This document shows, piece by piece, positions 9,369 to 16,595 of a stretch of DNA of 32,000 nucleotides (its first letter is position 1; the number at the start of each line of letters is the position of its first letter). The DNA comes from Candidatus Saccharimonadota bacterium (GTDB taxonomy: Archaea; Micrarchaeota; Micrarchaeia; Micrarchaeales; Micrarchaeaceae). The DNA is taken from contig NZ_CP019964.1 of assembly GCF_002214165.1 (NCBI RefSeq), forward strand, positions 570,001-602,000. The letters are read 5' to 3'. Under the pieces are notes generated by a model, which was given only the letters and a program-made list of their open reading frames with translations, did not search any database and was not told the DNA's origin. The position numbers and the translations under genes were made by a program.

Positions 9369-9412
9369 CGTAGAGGAAGCCCACACCGTTTACGGGTGGG
9401 AGGATGTCACAT
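9200..9412 (+). ncRNA. candidate TnpB omega-RNA (reRNA) scaffold overlapping the tnpB 3' end and RE
   Basis: This call is inference only. In characterised TnpB systems the guide RNA derives from the 3' end of tnpB plus the right end. The strong RE hairpin at 9380..9400 would be part of it. Boundaries are guesses. Confidence 0.3.
9380..9400 (+). repeat. IS right-end (RE) imperfect palindrome/hairpin
   Basis: cccacaccg ttta cgggtggg: an 8-bp stem with a bulged A and a TTTA loop. It is near-identical in sequence and architecture to the LE hairpin. Confidence 0.8.
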
Positions 9413-9471
9413 GATATAAATAATCCTTATGAAAATATTCCTTCTTGCTATGTCTCTAGATAGGTGTACAA

Positions 9472-9735
9472 ATGAATTATAATCAATTAATAATAAAGAA
9501 ACGGGAGGATATGGGCAAAATATACATATTTTTCCCACATAAAGGTACTATATTAGAAACAGAATGTAATGATGTAAATGCAGTATATAATTTATTGGAA
9601 TATATTAAAAATAAGCATATCAATGAATTAGAAAATTTCAGCAAAGACAAAAGGATATCAAAAGAAACACTTGACACTGTGAAAGAAATTTACTTAGACC
9701 TAAAGGATATAGGCATAAATTTTAATACCCTGTGA
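9472..9735 (+). CDS. hypothetical small protein
   Basis: 87-aa ORF that is Lys/Glu/Asn-rich, with no recognisable motif. It ends 4 nt before the next gene on the same strand. Confidence 0.4.
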   Translation: MNYNQLIIKKREDMGKIYIFFPHKGTILETECNDVNAVYNLLEYIKNKHINELENFSKDKRISKETLDTVKEIYLDLKDIGINFNTL

Positions 9736-9739
9736 TTTA

Positions 9740-10975
9740 ATGAACAAAGTAAAAATAGCGAACCACACAATGATTGAAAATACAGAAGACAAAAGCTATC
9801 TGATTTTTGTGGACCATCGGTTTAGTAAAATGGCTGAAAAGGCAATTAAATTTGTTTTGCCTCAATGCCAGCTTAAACCATATGAGCTGAATAATAACAG
9901 CGATTTCAATACTGTTTTCTTCAAATTAGAAATCAAAAATACATCTGATGATATCCCCAAAATGATTAAGAAATCTGCCTCATCTTTCGTTGATTTTGTA
10001 ATGCCAGTAGATTCAATAATTGACATAGGTAATTCCATCAAATATGAAAAGATTGAAGATGTCATACGCAAGATTATTGACAATTGTGGATATGCATCAT
10101 TCAAGATAGAAGTGAAGAAAGTAGATCACAAACTTGACGAAACGGCCAAGTCTATTGAAGTGCATTTAGGTGGAGACCTCGAGAAATTAGGGTATAAAGC
10201 AGATCTTAAAACCCCTAAAGTAATGATGTATGCAATACTGCTCAATACATCTGTAGTAATTGGCCATGTTGATACCAGCATGCAAAAAGATTATATACTA
10301 GACTTATTTAGGCAGTCAAGTAAAGAAAAAATTGAAAAGCTTAATAGGGCGGAATTCAAAATAGAAGAAGCGGCAAAGTTCTTTGATATTGATTTAAGCA
10401 AGTGCCATATTGGTTTAGATATAGGTGCTGCACCAGGTGGTTGGACCCATTATCTGTCCCAGAAAGGGGTAAGAATGGTTGCTGTTGACAAAGCTCTATT
10501 AAACTACAAAAAAATGGGGGATAAAAAGGTCCTGATTCTGGCTGATGAAATAGACACACCAAAAATCAAGGAGATAATAAAGACAGAAAATCTAGCCAAC
10601 ACCATCTCGGTCGAAAGCATTGTTAATGAAAGCATAGATTTTAAGAACTATGACATAATCCACATAAAAGCCAACATGGAGCCGAATGACAGGCTTGAGC
10701 TGCTAAAGAAGTTTGGCAAATTTGACCTATTAGCTATAGATACAAATACGTCACCATTAGAAAGCACGACAATTGTAAACTCTTTAGCTGGATTGCTGAA
10801 TCCAGAAGCATCATTGGTAATGACAGCCAAATTGGTTACAAGAAATTTTAACAAGCACGTTTCTACCGTTGAGGCAGAACTTTCTAAAAATTACAAGAGC
10901 ATAAAATTAAAGAAATTGCCTCATAATAGGAGGGAGTTTACCGTACACGGGGTCTACAAAGGAAATGGCAAATAG
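9740..10975 (+). CDS. RlmM/FtsJ-like SAM-dependent RNA 2'-O-methyltransferase with THUMP-like N-terminal domain
   Basis: Motif I GLDIGAAPGGWTHYLSQKGVRMVAVDKA closely matches the FtsJ/RlmM pattern (DLGAxPGGW...V.AVD). A non-catalytic region of about 200 aa precedes it, as in RlmM. The substrate cannot be inferred. Confidence 0.65.
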   Translation: MNKVKIANHTMIENTEDKSYLIFVDHRFSKMAEKAIKFVLPQCQLKPYELNNNSDFNTVFFKLEIKNTSDDIPKMIKKSASSFVDFVMPVDSIIDIGNSIKYEKIEDVIRKIIDNCGYASFKIEVKKVDHKLDETAKSIEVHLGGDLEKLGYKADLKTPKVMMYAILLNTSVVIGHVDTSMQKDYILDLFRQSSKEKIEKLNRAEFKIEEAAKFFDIDLSKCHIGLDIGAAPGGWTHYLSQKGVRMVAVDKALLNYKKMGDKKVLILADEIDTPKIKEIIKTENLANTISVESIVNESIDFKNYDIIHIKANMEPNDRLELLKKFGKFDLLAIDTNTSPLESTTIVNSLAGLLNPEASLVMTAKLVTRNFNKHVSTVEAELSKNYKSIKLKKLPHNRREFTVHGVYKGNGK

Positions 10976-11040
10976 AACTTCAGATAGCTATAAATGCGAT
11001 TTAGTCAAAATTCATGGCCTTCCGGCATCTCTACAAAACC

Positions 11041-11064
11041 AATTTAGTTTACCTTAACTAAATT
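11041..11064. repeat. perfect 9-bp inverted repeat (AATTTAGTT-N6-AACTAAATT)
   Basis: Seen directly, 66 nt downstream of the methyltransferase stop. Function unknown; it could be a terminator-like hairpin or a binding site. Confidence 0.5.
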
Positions 11065-11303
11065 TATATTGTCATAGTGCAGCTCTCACTAAATATATAT
11101 ATCGCACCATATTCCAAACTATAAGGGAACTTTTAACCAAAAGCTAAATCGCCATTTTTACCATGCTCTTGCATAAGCAGGAACCTTCCGTGTTTTATAT
11201 TTTTAAGTCACATCTTTATCCAATCACCAAGAATAATATTGGCAGGTTTTTACTATCGAAAGATAAATATTTAAGAATCTGACTTCGTAAGTAATATGAT
11301 ACA

Positions 11304-12203
11304 ATGAAGTCCCAATCCGCAATGGAATACCTGATGACATACGGATGGGCAATCCTCATAATTGCAATCGTACTTGCTGCATTATACTCTATAGGAATCT
11401 TCAACCCAAACACATTTGCCCCAAAAGCATCTGCAGGATCATGCGAGGTTGTCAGGCCTTCAGGTCCAGGGACGACTAGCGATCTGGGCCTTGAGGGGAC
11501 ATGCACCAACATGCTTCCAAAATACGTCAGCGTTTTCAATGGCCAAAATATATATGCAAATGCTAATTTAAGCAGGGTATTTAAGGACGAAGGGCAGCCT
11601 TTCACTATAACTATATGGCGATATAATGAAAAAGGGACAGATTGCGAGGATAGTGAATTGAGGTTAACCTCAAATGGTCATTCATTATTTAGAGCTGGGT
11701 TATCAGGAACCGGTGGACTTGATAGTTTTCCTGCAAATGATGAAGAAATGTTTGAACTTTGGAATAATAGCGGTTCACAGTATAATTACTTCGGAAATAA
11801 AAGCACAAACTTAAACACGTGGTACTTTTTGACATTTACATATAATGGAAGCTATGTAAAAGCATATATTGACGGAAATCCGGATTTGAACGAAGACTTT
11901 GGCAAGACTAACACCGGAGGAAATATAATCAGGTTCGGCACAGATTTAGGCACTGGGTGCAATGATTTATTTGACGGGATGATGGCAAATGTGCAGATAT
12001 ACAATACGGCCTTATCCACCGGCCAAGTGGAACATCTTTACCAGGAAGGTATAGGCGGAGACCCTATTGATCTCACGCATCTTGTCGGATGGTGGCCGTT
12101 TAATGGCAATGCGAATGACTATTCTGGAAATGATTATGATGGTAAAGTATCCGGTACAATAGGTTATTCCTCAACCTGGTATACGGCATACTCTGCACCA
12201 TAA
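11304..12203 (+). CDS. class III signal peptide (type IV pilin-like) + LamG/ConA-like domain protein, core type A
   Basis: The N-terminus MKSQSAMEYLMTYGWAILIIAIVLAALY is a short polar leader, a QSAME motif and a hydrophobic helix, which is the archaeal class III signal. LamG_3 hallmark strands are FTITIWRYN, NTWYFLTFTYNGSYVKAYIDGNP and GMMANVQIYNTALSTGQVEHLY. It carries the family C-module ...GGDPIDLTHLVGWWPFNGNANDYSGN...YSAP. Confidence 0.85.
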   Translation: MKSQSAMEYLMTYGWAILIIAIVLAALYSIGIFNPNTFAPKASAGSCEVVRPSGPGTTSDLGLEGTCTNMLPKYVSVFNGQNIYANANLSRVFKDEGQPFTITIWRYNEKGTDCEDSELRLTSNGHSLFRAGLSGTGGLDSFPANDEEMFELWNNSGSQYNYFGNKSTNLNTWYFLTFTYNGSYVKAYIDGNPDLNEDFGKTNTGGNIIRFGTDLGTGCNDLFDGMMANVQIYNTALSTGQVEHLYQEGIGGDPIDLTHLVGWWPFNGNANDYSGNDYDGKVSGTIGYSSTWYTAYSAP

Positions 12204-12232
12204 ACCAATTAAATTAACATTTTGATAAACTG

Positions 12233-12265
12233 CTAATTGACAAAAATGTAAAAATAGTCAATTAG
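12233..12265. repeat. perfect 9-bp inverted repeat (CTAATTGAC-N15-GTCAATTAG)
   Basis: Seen directly in the gap between the type A LamG gene and the ATPase gene. It could act as a terminator or an operator. Confidence 0.5.
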
Positions 12266-12307
12266 TAATAGTTTATTTTAAATATTTTAGCATTTATAAT
12301 TATATGT

Positions 12308-13570
12308 ATGAACATCGAGAACGCTATACTAAGGTATAAAGATTATGGCAAAGGCGTAAAGTTGATAGATAGAGATGCAACTTTATCAAAAGCCAATTTT
12401 ATTAACTCCCTAATTGGTCCTAGAAGAGCAGGTAAAAGTTCAATAATGCTATTGTATATGAATGAACTGCGCAAAGAAAACAAAAAAGTCATTTTTATAA
12501 ATGGCGAAGATATAGATTTTGAAGGCTTGACTGTAGAGGGTTTAGATAAAATAGAAATTGAGATAAGGCGCATATACGATATAAGTTCACAAGAAAAAGT
12601 ATACTTGTTCATAGACGAGATTCAAAATTTTCCTTATTGGTCAAAATGGGTAAGGACATTGTTTGATGAAAATTATTATAATCTAATTATATCTGGATCA
12701 ACTTCGGAATTATCGGGAGAACAATTGCCAATACAACTCAGGGGAAGATCAATAGAAACATTAGTGCTGCCTTTTTCTTTCAAGGAATACTGCAAAGCAA
12801 AGCATATAAATTATGAAAAATATATGAATTTTGAGGATACTGCGTCAATATTAAATGCATTTTCAGATTTTATGCTATATGGAGGATATCCCGAGGTTGT
12901 AAAATCAGATGATACCGAATTCAAGAAACAGATACTATCAAACATATATACTATGGTCATGCAAAAAGATCTCATAGATAAATATAATATAAGGAAAAAA
13001 GCGGAATTTAGATTGTTCACAAATTCATTATTTGCATCTGCATGCAGAAATTTTTCAATAGAAAATATGCTGAAATTTTTAAGCAGTAAGGAATTAAATA
13101 TTAGTAGACAAGCAGCCTTGAACTACCTAGACTATTCAGAGTCTGTATTTTTAATACATCTAATTTACCCGTATTCTAAAAAGCTAAAGGTGCGCCTTAC
13201 CAACCCCCGCATCTATCCAATTGATCAGGGCATCATGAGATTATTTACCAATGATGATGGGAAATCACTAGAAGATATAGCATTCATAGAGTTGTTCAGG
13301 AGAAAGGAAAATGTAATGTATTACAAGTCAAATAAAAGCGATGTTGATTTCGCCGTTGTAGAAAGTGACGAGATAAAAGAACTGATACAGGTTAGCTATT
13401 CTATAGATGAACCTAATGCTTATATTAGGGAGACAGATTCATTGAAAAATGCGTCCAAAGAAACAGGGTGCACAAACTTAAAGATTCTAACTTTTAATGA
13501 AGAGAGTGTAATAAAGATAGAAAATTTATCAATCAATGTTATCCCTGTATGGAAATGGCTTTTGAGTTAA
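12308..13570 (+). CDS. AAA_14 / DUF4143-family ATPase (COG1373-like)
   Basis: Walker A GPRRAGKSS and Walker B LFIDEIQNFPYW, with the typical 400-aa-class architecture and a C-terminal DUF4143-like region (FIELFRR...DFAV). Confidence 0.8.
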   Translation: MNIENAILRYKDYGKGVKLIDRDATLSKANFINSLIGPRRAGKSSIMLLYMNELRKENKKVIFINGEDIDFEGLTVEGLDKIEIEIRRIYDISSQEKVYLFIDEIQNFPYWSKWVRTLFDENYYNLIISGSTSELSGEQLPIQLRGRSIETLVLPFSFKEYCKAKHINYEKYMNFEDTASILNAFSDFMLYGGYPEVVKSDDTEFKKQILSNIYTMVMQKDLIDKYNIRKKAEFRLFTNSLFASACRNFSIENMLKFLSSKELNISRQAALNYLDYSESVFLIHLIYPYSKKLKVRLTNPRIYPIDQGIMRLFTNDDGKSLEDIAFIELFRRKENVMYYKSNKSDVDFAVVESDEIKELIQVSYSIDEPNAYIRETDSLKNASKETGCTNLKILTFNEESVIKIENLSINVIPVWKWLLS

Positions 13571-13630
13571 CTCTTCTGTAATCCTATGTATAATGTTTAT
13601 AAATTTTTATAACAAAACAATTCTGATATA

Positions 13631-14491
13631 ATGAAGTCCCAATCCGCAATGGAATACCTGATGACATACGGATGGGCGATCCTTGTCATTGCAATTGTCC
13701 TTGCAGCACTTTATTCTTTAGGTATATTCAATCCAAGCACATTTGCTCCAAAAGCATCCGCAGGTTCCTGCGAGGTTGTACGACCTTTCGGTCCAACCAC
13801 AAGTACTGATGTTCATCTTGAGGGAACGTGCACCAACATGCTTCCTAAATATGTTGCAAGTTTCAATGGAGCTGATAGTGGCATAACAATAAGTTCACCA
13901 TCTGAATTTCCTGCCAGTTCTGAGCCAGGAATAAGTATTTTTGTTTGGATAAAAACAACAAGATCTAGCGAGGGTGTGTTTGAGTACTATTCCCCGTCAA
14001 ACAATATATGTGAAGGTAGTGTAAGATTAGAAGTATCCCCTAAACTACAAGCAGATTTTTCATGTGATGCTATATCTAATGGACCAGTGTTAGACAACAA
14101 CACTTGGAATTTTGTTGGTTGGACTCTTAAGAGCGGTACATCTAAGGTAATACTTTATGTAAATGGAATACCATATGGTCCATATCAAATTACCCCAATC
14201 AACGTTCCCACAACTGGCTTAGAAGGGTTAATAGGTGCTCCATATCCTGGTTGGCCATATTATTATGGTTCAATGTCAAATGTTCAACTTTACAACACAG
14301 CTCTTTCATCAAATCAAATTACTGCTCTTTACGATGAAGGTATCGGAGGTGATCCAATTGATTTACAAAATCTTGTTGGCTGGTGGCCACTTAATGGCAA
14401 TTCAAACGACTATTCTGGGAATAATAACAACGGAAAAGCAACAAATATCGCATATTCATCAACTTGGTACAGAACATATTCCGCACCTTAA
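13631..14491 (+). CDS. class III signal peptide + LamG/ConA-like domain protein, core type B (array copy 1)
   Basis: Same N-module (MKSQSAMEYLMTYGWAILVIAIVLAALY...EGTCTNMLPKYVA). LamG strands ISIFVWIKTT, NTWNFVGWTLKSGTSKVILYVNGIP and GSMSNVQLYNTALSSNQITALY. C-module ends ...YSAP. It differs from copies 2-4 by I22V and S57T. Confidence 0.85.
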   Translation: MKSQSAMEYLMTYGWAILVIAIVLAALYSLGIFNPSTFAPKASAGSCEVVRPFGPTTSTDVHLEGTCTNMLPKYVASFNGADSGITISSPSEFPASSEPGISIFVWIKTTRSSEGVFEYYSPSNNICEGSVRLEVSPKLQADFSCDAISNGPVLDNNTWNFVGWTLKSGTSKVILYVNGIPYGPYQITPINVPTTGLEGLIGAPYPGWPYYYGSMSNVQLYNTALSSNQITALYDEGIGGDPIDLQNLVGWWPLNGNSNDYSGNNNNGKATNIAYSSTWYRTYSAP

Positions 14492-14590
14492 TTAATCAGA
14501 AAATTAAATCCAATAAAGTTTCGATTAATGGTACTGCCAAATAATTTTCAATATTCAATTATAGTACTCACGGAATTCAATTAATAAGGT

Positions 14591-14619
14591 ATAAATATCT
14601 TTATCCATAAATATCTTTA
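14591..14619 (+). promoter_or_regulatory. tandem 13-bp direct repeat ATAAATATCTTTA-tcc-ATAAATATCTTTA abutting the MNT start; putative TATA box plus operator
   Basis: Seen directly. The first ATAAATAT lies at -31..-24 and the second at -15..-8 relative to the ATG at 14622. The downstream protein has an RHH-like N-terminus that could bind such repeats. Confidence 0.45.
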
Positions 14620-14621
14620 AT

Positions 14622-15122
14622 ATGAACACTAAAGTTTATATTGACGATAAATTAGCCGAAAAGTGGAAAGAGCTAGCAATGAAACGCTTTGGGTATGGTA
14701 GAGGCTCAATAAGCAAAGCTGCGGAGGAAGCTCTATCAATGTGGGTAGAGAAAGAGCAAATAGTAACAACCGCATTTGAAAAGCTTAAAGAAGCCGCAAT
14801 AGGTGAAAAGAATATATTAGCACTTCTTCTATTTGGAAGCTATGCAAGAAAAGAACCTTATCATGATATTGATATTGCAATAGTAATCGAAAGTAATGCA
14901 GATAAACTAAAAGTCTTATCTATTATTGAAAGTTCTGTACCTGAAGAACCCAGATTTGATTTTTCCATATTCAACGATATGCCAATGAATATGAAAAGCA
15001 GAGTACTCAACGAATGTATAGTGATATACAACAGAAAGGATTATGATCTAAAAGAGGTAAGTTCTGATATAATAATCAAATGGTCCGATATAAAGCCTAT
15101 TATTGATTCTGCACTGGTGTAA
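14622..15122 (+). CDS. minimal nucleotidyltransferase (MntA-type antitoxin) with N-terminal ribbon-helix-helix-like extension
   Basis: NTase motif LLLFGSYARKEPYHDIDIAIVI (GS...DxD). The N-terminal 45 aa or so (KVYIDDKLAEKWKELAMKRFGYGRGSISKAAEEALSMWVEKE) have a strand-helix-loop-helix RHH pattern. The stop lies 2 nt before the HEPN gene. Confidence 0.8.
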   Translation: MNTKVYIDDKLAEKWKELAMKRFGYGRGSISKAAEEALSMWVEKEQIVTTAFEKLKEAAIGEKNILALLLFGSYARKEPYHDIDIAIVIESNADKLKVLSIIESSVPEEPRFDFSIFNDMPMNMKSRVLNECIVIYNRKDYDLKEVSSDIIIKWSDIKPIIDSALV

Positions 15123-15124
15123 GC

Positions 15125-15544
15125 ATGATTGATACGGAGCGTATTGTTAGAAGACTTGCAGATATAAAGCATTATTCTAATGTATTAAGCAAAATAGTTC
15201 CCAACAATTATGATGATTATATAAAATCGGACATCACCACCAAGGCTGCTGTTGAAAGATATTTACAACTAATAAATGATTTGGAGTTGGAGGTACTTGT
15301 ACTCGCATACAAAGGTCTTGATTTAGGCATATCTGGAGGTGATGATTCACTTGTAAATAAATTTAACGATCTACTCAGTAAAAAAGCAATAGAGGGATTT
15401 AAAAAAAGAAGATCGCTGAGAAACATATTAGTACACGCTTATTTTGAAATGCATTACGACAAGGACACTTTCAATCAGGCAAACGATCTCAGCGATATTA
15501 AAGATTTTGTAAAAGGCATAAGATTAATTTTGGAAAAGCAATAA
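15125..15544 (+). CDS. HEPN-domain (DUF86/HepT-type) toxin
   Basis: 139 aa and helical. The C-proximal RRSLRNILVHAYFEM contains the Rx4HxY HEPN RNase motif. It forms an operon with the upstream MNT. Confidence 0.8.
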   Translation: MIDTERIVRRLADIKHYSNVLSKIVPNNYDDYIKSDITTKAAVERYLQLINDLELEVLVLAYKGLDLGISGGDDSLVNKFNDLLSKKAIEGFKKRRSLRNILVHAYFEMHYDKDTFNQANDLSDIKDFVKGIRLILEKQ

Positions 15545-15570
15545 TTTAATTCACAAAACAAAATTAAAGT

Positions 15571-15604
15571 TTAAATAATTTTATAACATAACAATTCTGA
15601 TATA
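15571..15604 (+). promoter_or_regulatory. conserved upstream block of the LamG paralogs (TTAAATAA..TTTATAACA[A/T]AACAATTCTGATATA-ATG)
   Basis: TTTATAACA[A/T]AACAATTCTGATATA directly abuts the ATG of the genes at 13631, 15605, 17579, 19553, 21527, 22461 and 23392. A shorter ATATGATA[T/C]A-ATG version precedes 11304 and 26409. TATA-like boxes lie within about 35 nt of the ATG and there is no purine-rich SD, which suggests leaderless or very short-leader mRNAs. Confidence 0.45.
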
Positions 15605-16465
15605 ATGAAGTCCCAATCCGCAATGGAATACCTGATGACATACGGATGGGCAATCCTTGTCATTGCGGTTGTTCTTGCAGCATTATACTCTTTAGGTATA
15701 TTCAATCCAAGCACATTTGCTCCAAAAGCATCCGCAGGTTCCTGCGAGGTTGTACGACCTTTCGGTCCAACTACAACAACGGATGTTCATCTTGAGGGAA
15801 CGTGCACCAACATGCTTCCTAAATATGTTGCAAGTTTCAATGGAGCTGATAGTGGCATAACAATAAGTTCACCATCTGAATTTCCTGCCAGTTCTGAGCC
15901 AGGAATAAGTATTTTTGTTTGGATAAAAACAACAAGATCTAGCGAGGGTGTGTTTGAGTACTATTCCCCGTCAAACAATATATGTGAAGGTAGTGTAAGA
16001 TTAGAAGTATCCCCTAAACTACAAGCAGATTTTTCATGTGATGCTATATCTAATGGACCAGTGTTAGACAACAACACTTGGAATTTTGTTGGTTGGACTC
16101 TTAAGAGCGGTACATCTAAGGTAATACTTTATGTAAATGGAATACCATATGGTCCATATCAAATTACCCCAATCAACGTTCCCACAACTGGCTTAGAAGG
16201 GTTAATAGGTGCTCCATATCCTGGTTGGCCATATTATTATGGTTCAATGTCAAATGTTCAACTTTACAACACAGCTCTTTCATCAAATCAAATTACTGCT
16301 CTTTACGATGAAGGTATCGGAGGTGATCCAATTGATTTACAAAATCTTGTTGGCTGGTGGCCACTTAATGGCAATTCAAACGACTATTCTGGGAATAATA
16401 ACAACGGAAAAGCAACAAATATCGCATATTCATCAACTTGGTACAGAACATATTCCGCACCTTAA
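15605..16465 (+). CDS. class III signal peptide + LamG/ConA-like domain protein, core type B (array copy 2)
   Basis: Protein identical to copies 3 and 4. Motifs as for 13631..14491. Confidence 0.85.
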   Translation: MKSQSAMEYLMTYGWAILVIAVVLAALYSLGIFNPSTFAPKASAGSCEVVRPFGPTTTTDVHLEGTCTNMLPKYVASFNGADSGITISSPSEFPASSEPGISIFVWIKTTRSSEGVFEYYSPSNNICEGSVRLEVSPKLQADFSCDAISNGPVLDNNTWNFVGWTLKSGTSKVILYVNGIPYGPYQITPINVPTTGLEGLIGAPYPGWPYYYGSMSNVQLYNTALSSNQITALYDEGIGGDPIDLQNLVGWWPLNGNSNDYSGNNNNGKATNIAYSSTWYRTYSAP

Positions 16466-16564
16466 TTAATCAGAAAATTAAATCCAATAAAGTTTCGATT
16501 AATGGTACTGCCAAATAATTTTCAATATTCAATTATAGTACTCACGGAATTCAATTAATAAGGT

Positions 16565-16593
16565 ATAAATATCTTTATCCATAAATATCTTTA
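16565..16593 (+). promoter_or_regulatory. tandem 13-bp direct repeat upstream of MNT (copy 2)
   Basis: Same sequence as 14591..14619, shifted by 1974 bp. Confidence 0.45.
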
Positions 16594-16595
16594 AT

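Larger units (their letters stand above)
8055..9412 (+). mobile_element. IS200/IS605-family element of the tnpB-only (IS1341-like) type
   Basis: A single tnpB ORF is flanked by two near-identical subterminal hairpins with the same bulged A and TTTA loop: ATCCCACACGC-TTTA-GCGGTGGGAT on the left and CCCACACCG-TTTA-CGGGTGGG on the right. No tnpA (Y1 transposase) is present. Exact termini are not determinable by eye, so the ends are approximate. Confidence 0.8.

Noticed and set aside
11216-11605. Long antisense ORFs opposite the conserved 5' module of the LamG paralogs. They occur at 11216..11605, 21493..21696, 22385..22744, 23316..23675 and 26360..26656 and share ...RIAHPYVIRYSIADWDFI...
   Set aside because: They are conserved only because the sense strand is conserved. 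The equivalent frame is closed in the four type B copies. Their lengths and ends differ from gene to gene, and the sense frame has clear protein-family signatures. I treat them as shadow ORFs.
14235-14495. 86-aa same-strand, out-of-frame ORF repeated four times (also 16209, 18183 and 20157) inside the 3' end of the type B LamG genes.
   Set aside because: It is fully embedded in a strongly supported CDS and has a low-complexity, motif-free translation. It is repeated only because the whole unit is repeated.
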